From Octopus sinensis (lineage: Eukaryota), in NCBI RefSeq assembly GCF_006345805.1, contig NC_043000.1, positions 45,446,001-45,510,000 on the forward strand: a stretch of 64,000 nt of DNA, written 5' to 3'. The position numbers and the translations under genes were made by a program. Under the pieces are notes generated by a model that worked only from the letters and a program-made list of their open reading frames with translations, searched no databases and was not told the origin of the DNA. How positions within the stretch are numbered: the first letter of the stretch is position 1; every line of letters starts with the position of its first letter. Positions 48,891 to 60,310 of this stretch are shown in pieces.

Positions 48891-51314
48891 TATTATTCCT
48901 CAGGTCACTGCCTGGAATCAAACACGGAGTCTTGGGGTTAGTAGCCCACACTCTTAACCACTACACCATATGCCTGTGGGCACTTCTGGAGTGAATTTTA
49001 GGGTTAATAAATTTAATATTTTCCTATCTTTCCTTAAAACTAGTGCCCATATGCTATTCATATCTGCACTCGATCTGCTTAGAAGGTTGTTGTGTCCTAG
49101 CATATGTGCTGCTTCTTTTAGTTTCCGTATTTTCCAGTGGTGTTCTCTGTCTATTAATTTAACTTCATCCCACAGGAGGAGGTGGTCTCCATTTTTCCAT
49201 ACATGATCAGCTATAACCGATTTATCAATATTTCCTTGTGTCACAGCTCTGCAATGATCCTCTACCCTTATTTTGAAGGGGCTGCATGTTTCGCCTTTGT
49301 ATAACCTACCACAGCTGCATGGGATGGAGTACACAAAGTCTTTGGTCATATTCTCTTCTATTGGTGGTTTTATCCGAAGGAAATATTTTCAAAGTGTTGT
49401 ATTACTTTTGAATACTGTCCTGATGACATATGGGCCACATATCTTTTGTATCCTCATGGAGAGGTCCTTCACATAGGGTACACAGACTGTAGACAGTTTA
49501 TTGTTTGCATCCTCTCTTTTCTTCATAATTGGAGTAGATACTATGTTTTGGGGTAGTTGTTGCTTAATAGATTGTAGCTGATCTTGATCATTTTTTCGTG
49601 GTGGGTATCACGATCGCAACTTATATTCTTTGCTTGATGTCTTAGGCACTGAGCAATTTCTCTCTTTACATTGTATGGATGGTAGGAATCGAAGTTAAGG
49701 TATTGTCCAGTGAAGGTTGGCTTGCAGTATACGGATGTCCTGAATCCATACTTGGTGCATGTTATTAATATGTCCAGGAAAGCTAACTGATTGTCTTTTT
49801 CCTTTTACATTGTGAACTATATGGATGGCTTTATTGAGTTCACATGATCTAACAGCACTTGGACATCTTCCTAGTGGGGCCAGAGAATAAAGGTGTCATC
49901 AACATATCGCAGCCATAGGGTTGGTTTTAGTGATGTTGATCCTAAAGCCAAATTCTCAAAGTATTCCATGTATATGTTGGCTATTATCAGTGATAATGGC
50001 AAACCCATAGCTAAACCCTCTTTGTGTCAATATATATCATTGTCCATATTGAAATAGGTAGTTTCTACACAGAAGGTCAACATTTCCATCAAGTTTCTTA
50101 TTAGTATACTAGCACGTTCTTTTAGATGGGTGTCTGTCACTAGTTTTTCTTGAATCACTGATAGTGCTTCACCAGTTGAGACTTTAATGAATGAACTTAT
50201 CACAACTAGACTCACCATCTGGTTGGATTCAATGGGGGTATCATTGATCAATTCAGTGAAGTGGGTGGAATTCTTCACATATGATGTTGACTTTCCTGCT
50301 ACTGGACTGATTATATCCATAAGGAAGTGGCTCAGTGGATGACATGCTGAACCTCTACTGCTCACTATAGGTCTTAATGGAATACCATCCTTGTGAATCT
50401 TAGGGAGACTGTACATGTATGGTAGTATACTGTAATGTTGAGTCAATTGTCTGTACTTCATTGGTGTAAAGTGACCCTTGTTCTTGATCAATTTCTTCAT
50501 TGGTGTAAAGTGATCCTTGTTCTTGCCAACAGACCCTGTGACAACTTCTTCTCTGTTGTCAAGTTGGGTCTTTCTTTACTTTGCTGTAGCTACCATCACT
50601 TATAAGACTTACCAACTTTTCCGAGTCTGCCAGAAGTATTATGATGGAATTGTCACTCTTTTGATAGCAAACTTTTCTTCCATAGTGATGTTGGTTTGGG
50701 AAGTTTCGCTTTTCCTAGTACCTGTCACACTTTCCATCTTAGTTCATCTCCCTGAGCTTTTGGAATCTTCATGGCTATCTCTTCAATAGGGGCTATTATG
50801 TTCAAGTATGGAATGTGCTCGATGGTTGTCACAAAGTCAAGACCTTTGTTTAGTACTGCTTCTTCAGAGCTTTTTAGGTGTCAGCTACTTACATTAATTA
50901 CTGCTTTCACAGGTGGGTGACGGACTTCAGTCTTCATTCTCTGACCTTTGAGTTTCATAAACTTCTTAATCTGGTGTGTCTTCACTATTTCAAATTCTTT
51001 CATGTATGAATTTTCTAGATCTTGTTGGATTCCCTTTCTCTCATCATCAGTGGTTATTTTCCTCAGTAATGAAGATAAACTCTCTTTGATTTCATTATTT
51101 AGTTGATGTTTCTTTTCAATGGTTATAATGGATCCTCTCACAGATGAGGGCATGTCCTGCCCTTTCCGCTACTCTCCTAGCTTTAATTGAATCCACTGTT
51201 ATCATTATATTCAAGCCAGGTGGTATTAGCTTTGAATCTCTACATCTACACAGAAAGGGCAGGACATGCCCTCGTCCATGAGAGGATCCATTACAACCAT
51301 TGGAAAGAAACATC
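48670..51314 (-). mobile_element. Penelope-like element (Penelope/Poseidon type): N-terminal region, RT, GIY-YIG endonuclease and 3' terminal module; pseudogenised
   Basis: YSLPKIHKDGIPLRPIVS, AMGLPLS, WLRYVDD (49895-49906), VYSIPCSCGRLYKGET, KSVIADHVWK. Confidence 0.92.
48900..48974 (-). other. tRNA-like module (Pol III A/B boxes) immediately 3' of the PLE ORF
   Basis: A box TGGTGTAGTGG (48958-48968), B box-like GTGTTTGATTCC (48914-48925), anticodon-like loop CT-ACT-AA; no complete cloverleaf. Confidence 0.6.
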
Positions 51315-51324
51315 AAAATGACAC

Positions 51325-51690
51325 TGAGGTACAAATATACAAATATATGAAGCCTCAAATACCTATCATGACTACCTGTGTGATAAGAGGACTCAAAGCA
51401 CAAGTATCATAACCATATGTGTGTGTGACATGGTGATCTCATATCTAGAGAAATAGCACATGACTTTGTAGGTGGGGGTCCATTATTCTTGTTGAGTGAG
51501 AGTGCAGTGCATGCCATCAATGTGACACAAGGGTACAAATATACGAAGTCCAATATACCCATCATAACAATCCATCTTAAAAGGGTACACCATGCACATG
51601 TATCACAACTATATGTGCACAAAGCAGTGACCTCATATCAAGATAAACAGTGCATGACCTTGCAGGTGGAGCCCAGTTAGAATTTTTTCA
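51325..51690 (+). repeat. Two diverged tandem copies of a ~200-bp interspersed repeat module
   Basis: GGTACAAATATAC and GTGA(T/C)CTCATATC...GCAGGTGG recur at ~195-200 bp spacing. Confidence 0.65.
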
Positions 51691-52109
51691 TGTTGAGTAG
51701 TCAATCCTGCTCAAAAGGTCCATGAATAAGAGGTAAGGATAATGAACAAAACACCCAAGTTTCCAGGGGTGCATTATTCAAACTACAAATAATTTCTCTC
51801 AGCACATGGCTATGGTACTTTCTCATGCTTCCTGCTGTGATCAGAGATGCTACTAAGGCATCATATCATCAGTCACTAAGGGATATGCTCAACAGGTTAA
51901 GGTCAAGCAACTAACAAGTAAACCAGTAGTAATGAGCAGAATATTTGCTGTAGCTCATCTTTTACTTTAAGACAAAACGTGTATGTGTTAATTAACAAAC
52001 ACAGTCAATCAGTTAAGATTAGAAGCCATGAGAACCACTGCCTGGTACTGCATCAGGGCATTTATTATTATAGTTGTTGTTGTTGTCATCCTCATTGTTG
52101 TTAAAACTT

Positions 52110-52320
52110 TGAGCTGGCAGAATTGTTAGCTTGGTGGGCAAAATGCTTAACAATATTTCATCCATCTCTACATTCTGACTTTATATTCTGCTGAAGTTTT
52201 CTTTGCTTTTCATCCTCTCAGGCTCGATAAAAATATAAGTACCAGTTGAGCACTGGGATAGATTTAATCAACTCACTCAACTCTCCTGAAATTGTTGACC
52301 TTAGCCCAAAATTTAAAGCC
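52110..52320 (+). mobile_element. SINE with Deu/Nin-like core, diverged
   Basis: GCTTTTCATCCTCTCAGGCTCGATAAAAATATAAGTACCAG core. Confidence 0.65.
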
Positions 52321-53225
52321 ATTATTGTTGTTGCTGTTAATAGAACACTACTTGTCAGAATCAGTAGGCTACCATAGAAAATGCCTTTCAGTATTTTTGA
52401 ATATAAACATAACCACACAAAACTTATCTCTTATTCTCCTGATAGAGAAGTATTAAGAAGATTGCCAAGAGGGCTCACAATGTAATTCCAAGTTTTAAAT
52501 ATAGAAAATAGCATTTAGAATACTTTTTCTTGTTGTTGTTGATATGTTATATTCAAGGGTTTACAAGTACCAATGAAGTTCTTTGTATTCATCTGCATAA
52601 CATTTGGGGGCTTATTATTTTGTACTATTATTGTTAATACTAGCAGCTTGCTCTTATTACCATAGAATGTATTGCATACAAATAAATTCTGAGATTTGTT
52701 CTTTAATCTATTCCCCTTGCAAAGTAAAATAAATTTACTATTGTTTAACAGATAAATTTCCTATAATCCTACAGGATTCCTACTATTTCCTCCCTCTCTC
52801 TTTCTCTTTCTTTTTCTCTCCCTTGCTCCCTTTTACCCTCTTTCTCTCTCTCATATTCTAACACATTCTCTCTTCTTCATGCTAATTTTTCTCTTCACTC
52901 TCTTATTTATAAGATTCTGTCTGTCTGTCTGTCTTTCTCTCTATCTCTCCCTATCACTCCCCCTTTTCTCTGTCTATCTATCTATCTATCTACCAATCTA
53001 TCTACCTATGTATCTAATCTAATTTTTGCTTTAACTGTCTGATTCTCATTATACCTGCCCCATTATTCCTCTCTCCCTCATTTTGGTTAACTTTTTCTCT
53101 TTCCTCTAACTTTATCTTTCCAGCCTTCTCCTACAACCATTTTGCCCAGCCACCTTTTCCTTCTAACTTTTTTGCTCCTTTTCATTCTTTATCTTGCCTT
53201 CTCCTTTACACTCTCTCTTTTTCTC

Positions 53226-53294
<69 letters not shown>

Positions 53295-54367
53295 CAATCT
53301 TCATACACACACAACTTCCTCCTCTCATGTACACACTGTATTGCTATCTATCACTCTCCTTCACTTTATCTATCAGTTTCCCTTAATACATATGCATCTT
53401 CTCTTGAGCCTTATCTTAATTGCAATCAGCTCAAATCACAAAACACTAATAACATGGTTTTTTCCAGTACAAATCACTTAACTGATAACCTTGATTTCAG
53501 GAAAGGGGGAAGAAACAAAAAAAAAAGAATAATGCTAGAAAAAATCACCAAAAAAGCTGAAGAAAAAATATGTAATTTCCATTTTACTTTTATTTTTCAG
53601 AGTTCCCTATAGTAAAGAGAAAATAAATAATGAAAAAATTTAGTATTTACTTTCTATAATTTAATAGCTTATTTATATTTTCAGTCACAGAACATTTATA
53701 TCATTCAGTTTAGCAATTAATTCGCGATGTTTCTTCTCTGATGCATATCTTTGACTTTCCATGCATATGCACATCACATTGTACTCCATGAGAATTATTT
53801 CTTATTGACCTTTAAATACCATGCTACGTTGTTGTTGTTTTTTGTTGATGTTTGATTATTATGGTGCAAAGTTTTTTTTTGTTCCAAGTATTACTAAATT
53901 ATTGTTTTATTTTGTGACTTTTTACTTTAGTTTTAAATTCCCCAATTGTCTTTGTGTAGCCTATTTTTACATGAAATCTCTACAGAGCAGCTGTGAGCTG
54001 CTGCTACTGTTGTATCAAAAGTACAATACATATTGTGTAGCTATTTTATTTACTTTCGTTTTTGTCCTTGTTTGCAAAAACAATATTTAGGATTTGATTC
54101 CCTTGAGACATCTATGGGTTCTAAAAGGTTCACTGACCTTGATATGAAGACAAACGCTTTGAAAATGATCCAGTACACTTGGTACAACTCCATATACTAA
54201 ATTTCTTTTGTATATATCTTATCAGCATGGAAAATGTGAAGAACAAAGTCAACTGGAAGGTAATTTGGACTTAGGATAAAGAGGGAAGTAACCAAATACA
54301 ACAAGAAAATTTGTCCAAAATTTCATTCATCCTACCATCCTACATCTAATAAACGTAATATATCAAT

Positions 54368-54403
<36 letters not shown>

Positions 54404-54599
54404 CTGTATATATCTATCTATCTATTTATGTATTTGTATATATGTTAAATAATAAAATGAATGGTTTACACCTGGTAACCTACTGGTAAAGCAAGGTCAC
54501 TTCCACAGGTGTTTGTTATGTATATGGTAAATGAAAGACAGAAGATGGAATATACAAGAATTTTTATTACTAATCACAACAATTGTCTCGACACATCTA

Positions 54600-55835
54600 G
54601 CATTGATCCCTCATGGATGGGACTCTTAGCAGCCAGTTTAGGAGCATCTGGTGGTGCAGATGTGTCTCATCAGGTGATAAATGCATACAACTCATTAAAA
54701 TAACAGTTCTACAATGTATCTTCTCATTTCGTAGAAAGAAAAGCAACAAAATGTGGAAAATATCTTTGTTTATATAGAACATCAAAAATAAAATCACAGA
54801 TGCATAAAGGAAACAAACATGCAATACAGCAAGAAAAGTATTAAAAAAACAGTTAACAGATATGGATGTATATATGCCCTCACACAAGCTGCATGGTGTG
54901 TGTACACTTCGTTATATAAGCATCTGCAAAAATGTAAACATATACACATGTGCAGTTTGGTGCACTCACAATCACAATGCAGGTTAAATATCTGCTTGGT
55001 GTTTATAAGAATGGGGAGGTTAAAGCTAAACTTAGTTCATCCATACCTTAAAGTAACAATTACTCAATTTCATTCCAACTGCATTGTGCAAGGTATATTT
55101 ATATGCATGTAGGCATCTTGAGAGTCTTTCAGAAATTCTATTAATTGTCTTCCCATTGGTCAACAGAATAGACAGGGATTCCTCGGAGCAGAATCAGTAT
55201 CTCCTGGAAATGATATTGTATGGTTTTGCATGCCTTACTATGGACCAGGTTATGTTGTACTCAATTTTATCTTCCTTCAGTCGCCATACAAAATTGGCCA
55301 AAGATGTCGAATGTCTCTTATTGATTCTCTTGAAACTGGCAACATTACCTATGTAAACATGCGTCCCTCCCCTTGTCTGCACAGTACATTTATATACATG
55401 ATTTGTACTCATACAGAGGTTCATCAATGAGCATTTTGATATTTCTCTGCGTGAACATTTATCATATTTATTTTTATATATGGCAGTTCCGACTACATTT
55501 TCTGACATTGATACCATGATAGCTATATCATAAGCATTTCTATCATTATAATTTGGCCATAATTGGTGCTTTTCATTGTGGTTTACATCTCCTTTGTTGG
55601 TTTTTAGATGCGCATGTTCACTAGATCCTGTAGGTAGGTTGATGAGCTGTTGTCGCATTTTACAATTATTTATGCGATGCATAAGCTCTAAATTAGCAGA
55701 GTTAGCTTAGGACACCTTCACAGTGTGCCAAGTAAAAATAGCATGATATCAATTAGATTTAGGAAAACATTTGTCCAAAGTGGCAAAAATTTTCCCGTGA
55801 TCTTGGTTGAAACATGTGAACCAAAAATTGAGTTG
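54600..55835 (-). mobile_element. Second PLE family: C-terminal linker and GIY-YIG remnant plus terminal module
   Basis: WFNS..GSHVSTKI, VYKCTVQT..THVYIG, STSLANFVWRLK..IEYNITWSIVRHAKPY; decayed hammerhead-like motif at 54630-54676. Confidence 0.7.
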
Positions 55836-56023
55836 AACCTGATTCCTATATCCTTTATGCCTTTATACCTATATCCTTTATACTTCTGGACCAGCTAAAG
55901 CCTTGTGAGTGGATTTGATAAATGGTAACTAAAAGAAGTTCACTATATGTGTATATACACTCATATATATATATGTGTTTGCATGTGTATTTCTCTTTGT
56001 CTTGAAATCATCTTATAGTAATA

Positions 56024-56242
56024 TGTAGAGGTGCTGAAATGTTCTTGGCTTTTTGTTAAAAGAAAATCCAGGAAGATCAGTTAATTATGATGTTATTCAA
56101 CATATTCCTCTTCTCAGATTCACTCACTAATTGCTGCAGTCCTTTAGTTTTTCTAAGGTCTGTAACAAATCTAAGAATGTTGGATCCCCAACTAGGCCAT
56201 TTGCAAAATCCTTAAAACCAGGAACTTTTCAGCACCCCCTCA
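56024..56242. mobile_element. Mariner-derived MITE (second copy)
   Basis: Collinear with 34901-35117; TA flanks. Confidence 0.85.
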
Positions 56243-57299
56243 TACAAATAGGATCCCTCGCTTCCAGTCTTCCTTGTAAATATATCCAGCAATAGGGAAA
56301 TCTTACTTACCTTGAAAACAGGTTAGTGTTGGCAACAAGATGTGCATCTAGCTGCTGGCTCAGTAAACAGACCTTGACTGTTATCTGTCTCTGACTGCTG
56401 GCACTGATTGTTATGATGTTTGTGTCAGCACTGCTTGCTGAGCATTTATGATATGAAGTTGTCCATATCTTGGTTTATCAGTTTCTGTCAGGATGAAGGT
56501 TAGAAACATAATGATAAATTTGGCCTTATGTGCAAAAGTAAGATAGTTTTCTTTCAATTGGAAAGGCACAGTGTTAGTTAAAAGGAAAGGCAGTTACAAT
56601 TAAAATGAACAGCACAGTTATAATTATAATTATTTTTTTCAAAAATTCTGACTTTCATATGTATTAGCTTCAAATAATTCTCTTAGCTTGATAGGGCTGT
56701 TTGCTAAATGTGATAGCTTAACTCATAAACCGTGCCTGCAACCAGTGATGGGAACACTTCAAGCTGTATTGATTGAGCATAGTCTTATTGAACATAGACT
56801 GTTGCATAGTCTTATTCAGTGAGCTCATTTTGGGAAGAAGACTGCAGTGTTGTCCTCTTTGAAAATAAATTGACCAACTCAAAGTAACATTAAAAGCCAC
56901 TGGAATTGGGGCCAAATCATTTCAAACACAAACCCAAAACTGTACTAAGGGATGGCATTCCATCACCATTAGAACCAAAAACCTCAAAGCCACCAGAAGA
57001 GAAAAGGAAAAAATCAAATGTCAGGAGGGAAAGGCTCAGCAAAATCAACCTCGTCCTCCACCAACATTGCCATTGACTCTTCTATGCAAGAATTAGTCAA
57101 CATCATCGTCATAAAGGAAGCATTCAGCAAAGAAGAAAATAAATACTCAGATATGAGATAAAGCCACTGCTGCTGCTGACATATTGCGGCAGTTGAAATG
57201 TTCTCTATAGAATGGCAGAGCTCCATGGCAAGGACATATATTCGTAATTCCAATACTTTATGACTCCTCATGATTATTTAGTGTTATTCTTTGTACCCT

Positions 57300-57990
57300 A
57301 GCTCAGTCATATTTCTCTCTCTTGTGTCATGGCATATCCATGCCTTTGACAAATCATGGCTTGTTCCTCCTCGATTTATTTCTGTCTCTCACATCATCAC
57401 CCAGTACTTTCTCACTCTGCACATTCAATCTCTTCTTCATCGAGTTGAACATCTTCATTCTCTGTCTTCCTCTCGCACTCCTTCCCACCAGCTCAGACTC
57501 CACCATGTAATGCTCCATTCCGTTATATATGAATGAAACAAATATGAATGCAACAGCTAAATGAGAATATTTAGAACAGGTATATAACTCAGTCACACAC
57601 CTATTCTAAATATTCTCATCTCTCTGTTTCATTCGTATTTTCTCTCCAAGTTTCACATCTGTCCTAGGTATTCTTGTCCATGCTTTATGTTCATATCTCC
57701 TCTGTGTTAAATATTCATGTCTATCATCACATTCATATTTTGCCTTCTTTCGTGATTAATAATTCTCACCCTTTCCTTATAACTTCAACTCCTGTGCTCA
57801 TCATACAAAACCTAGCTGGATTTCTTGAAAGAATTTGATTCCTTTCCTGCTGAGTTAATGCCTCACATCATTGCTGGTTCTTCTCTTGTTTTCTAATTCT
57901 CATTTCTTCTCTTTGTCCTTAATGCAATAATGCCCTACATGATCTCTGCTTCCCTCTATTCAATTCCCACTATTGAACTCTATATCATTG
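57300..57990 (-). mobile_element. Decayed RTE(BovB-like) LINE 3' fragment
   Basis: GRSARGRQRMKMFNSMKK...DDVRDRNK resembles the RTE C-terminus. Confidence 0.6.
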
Positions 57991-58239
57991 TTCAATATGA
58001 CTTGCTGTTTCACTTATAAATAGAAATACTTGGTATAGTAATGATGAAAAAAATAAACAGTATCAATGCTATATACTATTACACACATTTCATTAAAAAA
58101 GTTAAAAGCATGGATAAAAATATCTGGTTATAATTTAATGAGTGTGTTTGCATATGTGCATGCATGTAGATGTGTGTATATCTACTCTTGCTTTATGTCA
58201 CATTTTGACAAGTAATAAAACCATAAGCACGTACATACA

Positions 58240-58400
58240 TATATAAATGTATAAGTACATAAATATAAATATGGACTTATTCTTTGTAAACCTAGTGCTT
58301 ATTCTATTGGTTTCTCTTGCCGAACTGTTAAGTGACGTAAACACACCGGCATTGGTTATCAAGCAATGGTGGGGGGACAAACACAGACACACAAACATAT
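58240..58400 (-). mobile_element. Major SINE family, 3' part
   Basis: Reverse complement matches 63830-63950. Confidence 0.8.
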
Positions 58401-58461
58401 ACATACATACACACGCACACACACATACGCACATTCATATATATAGATATATTTATATATA

Positions 58462-58990
58462 CACGACGGACTCATTGGTTTTTGTTGTCGTCACTGAAAG
58501 CATGCGGAGCCCATGCTCCATACTTCTGTACCTTTCCCATCCAATGAGATGCTTATCTATAGCAGCGTGGGAGTATTCCATTTACTCTGCCAGTTTCCTT
58601 GTCGTTTGATGAGAATTTTCATGCGAAAGTTGGTTTAATCACTCTTCATCGAACTCAACAGGATGGCTTGAACGAGGTGTGTCTTTGAGGTCAAAATTTC
58701 CCTTTTTGAACTTAGCATACAAGTCATGAGTAGTTCTTTCAGCTATGGCACCCTCTCCATACACAGCACAAATCTCACAAGCAGCTTTTGCAGCCTTAGA
58801 ACCTTGATTAAAAGCAAAAAGGAGGTGTCAAAAATGCTCGTTTTTCTTAACTTGACATTCCATTTTAATGATCTGAAAATAAAAGAAAATTAACTAAAAT
58901 TAACTAGAAATAAACAAAATAGATTCCAAAATTTAAAACACAATAAATTTCAAAATTTTAAAAAATGGTGCAAACTTAGTTGCCAACCCA
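58462..58990 (-). pseudogene. Mariner 5' half: TIR plus transposase N-terminus
   Basis: TIR TGGGTTGGCAACTAAG; ATG at 58863 MECQVKKNEHF, ICAVYGEGAI, FDLKDTPRS, AWAPHA (WVPHEL-like). Confidence 0.88.
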
Positions 58991-59002
58991 TATATATATA
59001 TA

Positions 59003-59555
59003 ATAGCAGTATAACCCGGTCTTGCCTGGGATTAAGTTACGATTATTAAGCTAATCAAGTTCTTTATTTTAAACGAAACTAAGTAATATCGACGTCAAAT
59101 TTGGGCAAAATCCGTTGAAATTGGTTATATTATATATATATTATATATATAATATAATATAAATATATATGGGCAACAGACACGAACACACATGTACATA
59201 CGTACACCTATTGCATGTTTTGTGCATGCATACATGTTCATAAACAGAAATGAATGGAAAAATGTTGTTAAATTTGTAGATTAACACTCGCACGATTTTC
59301 ACTAAGAAAAATAATGATTTTTTTTGTGTGGAATCAACTACTTTGGCCCCTTAATATGCTATAAAACCCTTTTTGTGGTCCGGGAAACGAAGTGGGTGTG
59401 GTGGAAGCCTCGGAAATTGTACCCATTTATATTGTGCAATTCACTGACAAGTTGTTTCTTTGTTTCTTTGTTGTTAAATAAATGGATTTTCAACAAAACA
59501 CTTTTTTACTCGGCCTAAGATAGAAACAAAACTCTTTCGCACCCAAAGTAATGTT
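59003..59555 (-). mobile_element. Possible Helitron-type non-autonomous element (3' end at 59003)
   Basis: On the minus strand a GC hairpin CCCAG-GCAAGA-CCGGG lies 8 nt before CTAT(T), a degenerate CTRR end, next to a TA tract. Confidence 0.4.
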
Positions 59556-60310
59556 TAAAGAATTTTGGGGGAAAAATTTCAAAGATTTTTCAAAAATTTT
59601 TGAAAATTTTCCCCAAAAATATTAAAAAACTTTTGGAAAATTTTCAAACACTTTTCAAAAATTTTGGGGAAAAATTTTCAAAGAATTTTTCAAAAATTTT
59701 TAAAGAATTTTGGGGGAAAATTTTCAAAAATATTTAGGGAAAATTTTTGGGGAAAATTTTCAAAAATTTTTGAAAAACTTTTGTGGAAAATTTTCCCAAA
59801 ATATTTTTCAAAAATTTTTGAAAATTTTCCCCAAATATTTCGAAAAATTTAAAAAAACTTTTTGGGGAAAATTTTCGAAACACTTTTCAAAAATTTTGGG
59901 GGAAAAATTTTCAAAGAATTTTTCAAAAATTTTTAAAGAATTTTGGGGGAAAATTTTCAAAAATATTTAGGGAAAATTTTTGGGGGAAAATTTTCAAAAA
60001 TTTTTGAAAAACTTTTGTGGAAAATTTCCAAAAATTTTTGAAAAATTTTCAAAAAATTTTTAGAGAAAATTTTTGAAAAACTTTTGTGGAAAATTTTCGA
60101 AAAACTTTTCAAAAATTTTGGGGAAAATTTTCAAAAAATTTTGGGGAAAATTTTCAAAAAATTTTTGAAAAATTTTTTGGGAAAATTTTCAAATATTTTT
60201 GAAAAATTCTAGGGGAAAATTTTCGAAACACTTTTCAAAAATTTTTGGGGAAAATTTTCACAAATTTTTTGAAAAATATTCTGGGAAAATTTTCGAAAAA
60301 TTTTCGAAAA
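59555..60310. repeat. A/T/G-tract satellite built of near-palindromic TTTTCAAAAATTTTTGAAAA subunits, ~233-bp higher-order unit
   Basis: A block starting AAAGAATTTTTCAAAAATTTTTAAAG recurs at 59680 and 59913. Confidence 0.9.

Noticed and set aside
56990-57250. Possible RLE (NeSL/R2-type) fragment, KEAFSKEENKYSDMR
   Set aside because: A single short motif-like match; insufficient.
59555-60310. CRISPR-like array or KNF-rich ORFs
   Set aside because: Eukaryotic context, no unique spacers and no cas genes; the ORFs are satellite translations.
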